Below are positions 56,695 through 64,000 of a stretch of 64,000 nucleotides of DNA, piece by piece; the first letter of the stretch is position 1, and each line of letters starts with the position of its first letter. Both the position numbers and the translations under genes were made by a program. The stretch covers positions 372,001 to 436,000 of the forward strand of contig NW_013657673.1 in the NCBI RefSeq assembly GCF_000142905.1. The letters are read 5' to 3'. The DNA is from Thecamonas trahens ATCC 50062. Lineage: Eukaryota; Protista; Apusomonadida. The notes below the pieces were generated by a model. That model did not search any database, had not been told where the DNA came from, and saw nothing but the letters and a program-made list of their open reading frames with translations.

Positions 56695-59067
56695 TCAGTC
56701 AAAAGCAGACCGCACAATCCGTAGCTCAGGTAGCGTCTGGCGGACCTCGGCCACCGTTATCTCGGAAATGCGCTGGTCGAGGCCCCACATGCTCAGCACC
56801 TCGAGCTTTTCGCACCACCGTGCCACCGCCCACAGCGACTCGTCCGAGCACTGGAAGCACTGGTTGATGTCCAGTCGCCGCAGCTTCTGGTACGCAAACA
56901 GGAACGAGCCTAGCGACGAGAACCGCGTCGACGAAATGATGAGCGTTCGCAAGTTGGGGCATCGTCCACCAATCGCCAGCAGCCGCGCGTCGGTGCACGG
57001 CGCTGCGAGCGTCAGGTCCAGCTCCTCGAGCACTGGCGTCTTGAGATTGATCGAGAACTTCTTCGACAACTCGTTTGACCGGAACAGCAGCTTGCGGAGG
57101 CTTCGGCCAGAGACCGTCACAAACCGCGCGTTGACACAGTGTGAGAGGTTGAGCGTCCGCAGCGATGCTGGGGCCATCACTGCCACATCGCCCACAAACC
57201 CCACGCACGACCCCACATCGAGCGTCTCCAGCTCGGGCATGCCGTCAAACACCTCCTCCACTCCAGTAAACTCGACCAGCGGACATGCGTTGAGCGAGAG
57301 CCACCGGATCCCGTCACACTGCGACGCCAGGTGGCGACATGCGAGCGTCGTGATGCTTGTCGCCCCGTCGAGATGCAGCTTGCGGAGCCGTGAGCCGGCC
57401 GCCACCGCCATCGCAAACACGGCCTTGTTGCTCACCCCGGCCACCCGCGCCAGATTCACGACTTCCAGTCTTGGCATACCCTTGAACATCGCCAGCAGAT
57501 CGATCTCAGGTACGTGCGTCGCCACCATGTGCAACTCGCGGAGCCGCGTCAGTGGCGCCCGCATGCTCACAAACGTCAGGTCGTAGCAATGGCTCACGTC
57601 AAGGATCTCCAGCTCCGGCGTCGCCGCGCCGTCGAGGGTAAAGCCGCCAACAACCTCCAGGCATGTCGCCGCACGCAGCACACGGAGCCGCGACATGTTG
57701 CTCAGTACAACCGCAAGCGTCACCTCGGTCACTCCGAGGCACCGCGTCAGATTGAGCTCGGTCAACGACGAGAGACTGGCCACCAGAGGGAGGAGCGAGG
57801 CGACTCCGGCAGGCTCCGTCAGCCTGTACGTGTTGAGCATTGAGTAGTCGCGAGTAGCGGCAACCTCGTCTGACAACAGCGACGTTGCTGACATCGACAG
57901 AGGCCCGCCATGCATGGTCAGCTCTCGCTGCGGCCGCCGGTCTTCCGGCGAGAGTCCAAACGCCTCACCGGTGGCATCGGCCACATACACATTGAGCCGC
58001 GAGAGGTCCAGGACCTCTAGTGATGCCAGCGACGCTACCACGCCTTCCAGCAGAGTAAGCAGTTCTGCTGTGTCCATAAGCGTCGCGCCCTGGAGCGCGA
58101 GCCGCGTCGGCGGATCCGTCTTCCACCACGACGGGCTCCACCCTTCAGAGCTTGAGCTTGAGCTAGCTGAGCTGAGGCTGCTTGTCGACAACGAGCTGTG
58201 CGACATGCATGCATCGCCTGTCCGCGATGCCGAGAGCACCGACGAGTCTGAGAGAGTGCTGGCGGCAGACGCAGCCTCACCGCTCGCCTCTGCCTCCTCG
58301 TGCTCCTCGTCGTCGGTCGTCGACGACGATCCGGACTCGACTGCAGTGTACGGATGCCGAAGCTCAAGCTTCGAGCCGTCAAGTTCCATCTGCCGACTGT
58401 TCTCGGCCTCGGCGAGGCTATCCAGCGGTCCAGACCAACCCATGGCCTTCTTCTCGAGTGCATACGTCGCGAGAGGATTGTTGCCTGGCGTCACACGCAC
58501 CACGTCCAACTCGACATCGCGGGTCACATACATCTGCAACAACTCCTCGGTGAGGATCCACAGCCGCGATGGGAGTTGAATTCGACCCTCAAGCGCAACG
58601 TACGTCGCCGCGGCGCGCCAGAGAGTACACGTCCGCGCCACCGCGGCAAGCGCGGGGCCATCGAGCATGCCAAAGATGTGGATAAAGAGCTGGTCAGGTA
58701 GAACCATGCACGGTACACCACCTTCGTCTCCACTTAGTGATGCTCTTCGACCAACCTGCGAGTCCGAGCGATCGAGCCTTGCCCGCCACGACGACTGCTT
58801 GCGGACGAGCTGATGGGCCGAGAGGATAGATGCGATATGCGCCGGGAGATGGCCTCGTCGCGGGGGTCCATCACCGTTGTCACCGCCATCCCCAACACCT
58901 GCTCCAGCACCGACTCCACCAACATGGCATGTGTCCACATTCAGCCGAGGCAGCCCAGGCGGCCCCGTCAGTCCACCCGGACCCAACGCCGACACACCGT
59001 CGCCTTCGTCTCGCCCGCCGTCCTCACCGCTGTCCGCCCGACGCTGGCGGCAGCACCCAGAGCCCAT
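56695..59067 (-). CDS. F-box/LRR protein (FBXL-like) with N-terminal MGSGCC acylation motif
   Basis: LPDQLFIHIFGMLDGPALAAVARTCTLWR F-box followed by multiple cysteine-containing LRRs. Confidence 0.9.
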   Translation of the reverse strand: MGSGCCRQRRADSGEDGGRDEGDGVSALGPGGLTGPPGLPRLNVDTCHVGGVGAGAGVGDGGDNGDGPPRRGHLPAHIASILSAHQLVRKQSSWRARLDRSDSQVGRRASLSGDEGGVPCMVLPDQLFIHIFGMLDGPALAAVARTCTLWRAAATYVALEGRIQLPSRLWILTEELLQMYVTRDVELDVVRVTPGNNPLATYALEKKAMGWSGPLDSLAEAENSRQMELDGSKLELRHPYTAVESGSSSTTDDEEHEEAEASGEAASAASTLSDSSVLSASRTGDACMSHSSLSTSSLSSASSSSSSEGWSPSWWKTDPPTRLALQGATLMDTAELLTLLEGVVASLASLEVLDLSRLNVYVADATGEAFGLSPEDRRPQRELTMHGGPLSMSATSLLSDEVAATRDYSMLNTYRLTEPAGVASLLPLVASLSSLTELNLTRCLGVTEVTLAVVLSNMSRLRVLRAATCLEVVGGFTLDGAATPELEILDVSHCYDLTFVSMRAPLTRLRELHMVATHVPEIDLLAMFKGMPRLEVVNLARVAGVSNKAVFAMAVAAGSRLRKLHLDGATSITTLACRHLASQCDGIRWLSLNACPLVEFTGVEEVFDGMPELETLDVGSCVGFVGDVAVMAPASLRTLNLSHCVNARFVTVSGRSLRKLLFRSNELSKKFSINLKTPVLEELDLTLAAPCTDARLLAIGGRCPNLRTLIISSTRFSSLGSFLFAYQKLRRLDINQCFQCSDESLWAVARWCEKLEVLSMWGLDQRISEITVAEVRQTLPELRIVRSAFD

Positions 59068-59452
59068 GGAAGCACGTATGTGTGTGGCTGTGCGTATGTG
59101 AGTACGGGGTGTATGTGTGAGTGGATATGTGTGTGTGTATATGTATGTGTGTGTGTGTGTGTGTGTGTGGTGGTGGTGGTGGTGGTGGTGGTGAACTGCC
59201 GGTGCTGGTTGCTGTCAGAGTCGTGGCTGGGCTGGTGGCGGGCGGGTGCGGCCGGCGGTTGCTCCGGTGGTTGGTCGACGGGGACGTTGGGCAGTCGGCG
59301 CGCTACCTCGAGTCCGACCGCGACAACGTGTGGTTCACGTGCAGTTTCTCGTTCGGTTGACGCGCTCCACTCTATCGCACGCTGTCGCACTCTGCTGCGG
59401 GAACCGCATGGATGGCGGGGTGTTCAATCAGCGGCCACTACGCCTCATCGAC

Positions 59453-62400
59453 CTACATGGAGGACAAGGCAGGCCGCGACGGGCCATCCTTGGGCACGGC
59501 AGGGGGCATCGGGATGGGAGAGTCGGTGATGGTGGCGACGGCGGGGGCGCCGGCCACGGTGAGCGAGTTGAATGAGTCGTCAGTCGAGACACAAGTCATT
59601 GAGCTGTTCTCTGGCCTCTCGCACATTGTGGCGATGACCGCCGCATCCTCACCGGTCCCATCCTGGAAGGCTGGATTCGCGTAGGCGAGGCTTGAGATAT
59701 CACTCGACTGGTAGCCCTCCATCAGCCCACCGACAGCGGCATCGTCTTGGTCCTGCTGCATCGCGTTCGAAGTCGTCGCCTGCTCGAAATTCACCGCCTC
59801 CGACTGCGCCGCCTCTTTTTTGCGGAGGCGGTAAAAGTCGAACAGGACCCCGAGCATGATCGAGATGAGGAGCAGTGAGAGGCCGGTGATGATGGCAGCC
59901 TGCGAGAGGCCCGACGAGTACGTCACAGTCCCACCCCACAGCGCGAGAATGGCCATGCAGAGCATCCACGACTCGAGCCGGTTGTGGAAGGTCGAGACGT
60001 ACGGCTGGATGTATGACGAGTGGACTGCAATGCCGGAGAGCAGCAGCATAACAATCGACGCCTTCAGCAGCGGGTTCTGGACGCTCACCACACTCAGCAC
60101 AATCGCCAACTTGCGGGCCATGATCGCGGTCTCGAAGAGGTAGAACCGGGTCCGGTACCGCCCGATCATGAACCCGTAGCTCAGCACAAACTCCATGGCG
60201 TGCGCGCCGCCGTGCATCCGCGCCTTGCGCCGTAGCCAGAAGCCAACCGCAAGCGGAATGCCGACGCAGTAGAGCAGTGCAAAGATGATCGCCGCCGGAA
60301 GTACTTCCAATACCGAGTATCGTAGCACTCGTATGCCGGCGCAGAGGTCATAATCCATGTCTCCGAAGTCACCTTTTCGCACTCAAAGAACTTGAGCGTC
60401 ATGGCCACGAGCGGGAGGTAGACAAGGGCAATGAGCTGAAAGTACGCCCGTCCGATGGTCGACACAATGCCGCGGTGCTTGAGGACCGAGACCGTGAGGC
60501 ACCGCCCGAGCCGATGCTTGGCCTGGGCTGCCCTGCTTGCACCATCGCTCGGGACCACCATCCACTCGGGGTGGCTGGCGGCAAACGACTCGCCCCACCG
60601 CTCGACAACGACCATGTAGAAGACCATCCACAGGTAGACGATGCCAAAGAGAGCGACACCGATGGCCGGCATCGCCATCATGACCGCCCACTTGACCAGC
60701 CAGATGTTCGACGCGCTGATGGTGCACTCAGGCTTGGCAAGGTCGAGGTTGATGTTGAGGAACGAGACAATGTCGAAGATGGACCGCGCGTACTCGGGCC
60801 AGTCGAGGTTGATGTCACCGTAGATGGCGACGACCTGGAGCGCGTTGAGGCCGATGACGAGGGCCACGAACTTGTGCGAGACCTCGGTCTTGGTGTTGAA
60901 CCACGCAGGTGCGGCGCAGGCAAAGAGGCCAAAGACCACAAAGAAGAACAGAGCAAGCTCGGTCGGGAAGCCGTCGCACTTTTTGCACTGAATGTCGATC
61001 TTGTAGTAGCCGGGTGCACACTCGCCACAGAGCAGGCCGGTGTATCCGGTTGTGCATCGGAACGGCGAGCCACCGGCACACGCCGCCCGGTTGTGGTCAC
61101 ACGAGATAAAGCCGTTAGTCGGGCCCGGAAAGTAGCCCGGCTTGGGATACGGCAGCTCTCGACGTCCGGGACAGATGCCACCCTCGGGACAGCGCAGACA
61201 CGGGAGACCCGAGAGCTGGTCCGGCTGAAAGTAACCCTTCAAGCAGGTGCAGTTGTAGATCGACGAGGCCAGCGGCGTTGCCGACGTGTGGGGCGGGCAG
61301 GCCTTGCACTCGGGCGTGTTGACCACGTCGCTGTACGCCTCTAGGGGACACGCCAGACACGGACCGTACTCAGTCTGCGCGAAGTAGCCAACGTCGCAGA
61401 CGGCAAGCACCTTGAACGACCACGGCGAACCGCCGATAGCCACAGAGTTGAGCTGTACAGAGAGCACGTACGAACCGCCGATCTGGGTCGCGTACGCGCA
61501 GGTGTACGATCCGTCGCTGTTGTCGGTGCACGAGACGAGGACTTGCGAGTCGACTGAGGAGACGGAGGCAAGGACAATGTCACCACCGGCTCGCCGGCGG
61601 TTGCCGTACTCGTCGCGGGCGACAACAACAAACTCGACGGTCTCGCCGACCTTGGACTCGACCAAGCCGGCGCCGGATGCACCCGACATGGGCGCATACG
61701 TCGGACCAGGCACAATCGTCACCTCGTACGGGTTGGCGGCAAGCGGCATGAGATTCACGCGCAGCGTGTACGCGTAGTCGCCCGGTACCGTGAGTGAGTA
61801 CACCACGTCGTGGGTGCCAGCGCCAACGTAGGTTTGTCTTGAGATCGGCCCACTGTCAAGGCTCAGTGAGTTGTCGTAGAGCCCCACGATGTCGAGCGGG
61901 TTGTCGATCACAGTCCCACCGTTTTCCTTGGTCACCACCGAAAAGGCCCACGCAGCCCCGGCCTCCAACTGCTGCGGCGTTGTCGAGGTTGTCGTCGACA
62001 CCACCGGATCGATGTTGGTGACAACAATAGTGGTCTCGGTTGCGAGCGTCCCGCACTCGGTCGTCCCGATCTGAAGCAGAACCCGGCAGGTGCCGGGAGT
62101 CGAGAGCGTGATGCCGCTCACGCCCGCTCCCGCATGGCTACCGGCGCACGCCTCGCCACTCAGCGTCCACTGGTAGCTGGTGAACGACGGCTGAGTGGTG
62201 ACGTTGAGGGCGATGACGCCATCAACAGGCGCCACCCGGACACCAGCGGCCTCCGCCGATGCACCGACCACGCTGATAGTGTGCGCCGGCGAGGTCAGGC
62301 CCACGAGCACAAACTCGCGGATCTCGACCGCCGACGTCCGCACCGAGTATCGGCCGCGGTCGTTAAAGGCGACAACTGCAGTCAGAGGCTCCTCGCTCAC

Positions 62401-64000
62401 CACGGTCGCACCTGAAGGCCACACCCATGGATTCGTGTCGGTCTTGGTGATTGTCACCTGTGTGTTGACGCACAGAATGTCGGCGCTCATGGTGAACGTC
62501 GGCTCGCTGGCAAAGTTGTAACGCGTCGCCTGGTTCTGTGAGACCGGCGCCGGCGCGTCATAGACGTCGACCGCCAGGCCATCGCGGCCTGCACCGCCAT
62601 TGCCACCCTTACCGCCGATTCCACCAGGACCACCGGCACCACCACCACCAACTTCGGCGTTTCCAAAGCCGCCAACACCGGCGCCACCGCCATTGCCACC
62701 ATCGCCGCCGTCACCGGCAACGCCGCCTCTGCCAGCCGAGCCGGCAAGTAGGTACGAGTCGGTCAGGCTTGACGCTGCGCCGCCGCTAGTCACGTACACC
62801 GCAGACGAGCATCCGCCGCCGTAGCCACCGGTGCCTGGAAAACCACCCGCGCCACCACCACCACCACCGCCACCGCCGGCTCCAGCGCCATCACAGCAGA
62901 CCGAGGTGTACTGGCCCTTACCACCAGCACCGCCTCCACCACCGCCGCCTCCGTACCCGCGGATCCCAGTCCCACCGCGACTGCCAGGGACCCAGAAGTT
63001 GTAGTCGTGATACGGCGCGCCGCCGGTCGATCCTGGCGCGCCGTCGGTACCCTTGTAGCCAGTACTACCTGGATCACCATTGAACTTGTTGCCTACCGCG
63101 CCGTTACCACCGGTCCGCCCACCGCGACCACCGTTCCCGCCGCGATGTTCTTCTTGGCCACCTGATCCACCACCGCCGCCTCCACCCCCAAGATGAACGC
63201 TGCTGCTGGTGCCACCACCACCGCCGGCGGCGCCCTTTTTGCAGCATCCACTGAGAGAGCCACCGTTGCCACCATTGACACTACCTCCACCGGCTCCGCC
63301 CTTTCCACCGGGGCCCTCGTTTGTGTCGTTGTCGTCGTCGCCGTTGCCGCCCTTGGTCCCATCGCTGCCGTCTTCGCCCTTGTTGCCCTTGGAGCCTCCA
63401 GCGCCGCTGGACGCCTGGCCCGGACGGATAGAGCAGCGGACGATGGCGAATGCGTTGGCGTTGTGCAGGTAGATACCGTAGGTGGAGACGCCACGGCCCC
63501 CTTTGAACGGCGCTGCATTGGTCTCCACAACCAGATCCATGAGCTTGAAGCCGGTGATGCCATTGGCTTCCATACCAATGTACGCCCGGACCTCGCCCGA
63601 CGGCGAGCCAGGGGGCTCAAAGGTGGTGGAGCCAATCCGCTGCAGAGTGGTGGTAAACAGGGCGTTTGACTTGCGCCACACGCCAGCTCCATCATACTTG
63701 AGTCCGCCTTCGTACGTGATGTATGAGCCGAGCTGAAGCCGCGCAGAAAAAGTGTACAGGCCCTGCTCAATCCGCAGCGTCACTGGAGTCGACACTGATG
63801 CACACTCCTTGGCAATGGTATGGCCGGCAGAAAAGGTGACAGGATTGCTCTTGGTCTTGTCCTTGGACGCCGTCGATGTCGAGCCGCCGGACGAGACAAC
63901 CCAGACCACACCCCCTCCGCTGCGAGGTCTCCACAATCACCAGCGTAGACCACAACCACCGCAAAGGCAAGCGAAAGCAAGATAGGACGCACAGTATGCA
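59453..64000 (-). CDS. Large surface multi-pass membrane protein: signal peptide, Gly-rich region, PKD/filamin-like Ig folds, Cys-rich (GCC2/3-like) repeats, multi-TM C-terminus; frameshifts near 63912 and 60296; start probably at the window edge
   Basis: ORFs 63780-63992, 60181-63936 and 59453-60382 chain by +1 in runs. Filamin-like motif F.VVARDEYGN.R..GGD...DNSDGSYTC.Y....GSP; C..CP...Y C-rich repeats; several TM helices. Confidence 0.8.

Noticed and set aside
23674-59067. Apparent cluster of ubiquitin-proteasome genes (Derlin, PA200, ANK/F-box-like, FBXL)
   Set aside because: Interspersed with unrelated genes, and the category is large, so chance is sufficient.

Overview
GC-rich, gene-dense, intron-poor nuclear DNA from a flagellated unicellular eukaryote. 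IFT172, MPP10, BUB3, PSME4/Blm10, Derlin, WDR91 and COX6A are recognisable. The overall style suggests an apusomonad such as Thecamonas, but that is an unverified impression. There are about 22 protein-coding genes, four N gaps, two deletion derivatives of a piggyBac-like transposon and a 612-nt tandem duplication. Many genes are split across ORFs by about 20 frameshifts. Each can be repaired by adding one base, nearly always in a homopolymer run, so these are most likely sequencing under-calls, and gene models below are given repaired. Most interesting observations: (1) BUB3 and a SAPS/PP6-regulatory-subunit gene appear to overlap head-to-head in coding sequence with overlapping antisense introns. 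(2) A structured segment with an Sm-site-like motif and a 5' splice-donor-like motif lies antisense inside the COX6A intron (snRNA/SL-RNA-like candidate). (3) The piggyBac-like element has CTAA left flanks and apparently carries a second, divergent passenger ORF. (4) A calpain with an N-terminal acylation motif has a hidden (GRARRRR)8 tail. (5) Unusual architectures: SAM-START-DYRK kinase, a long ankyrin array with a C-terminal F-box-like motif, a signal-peptide SET protein and a bacterial-type M23 peptidase. All family assignments come from motif recognition by eye, not database searches.
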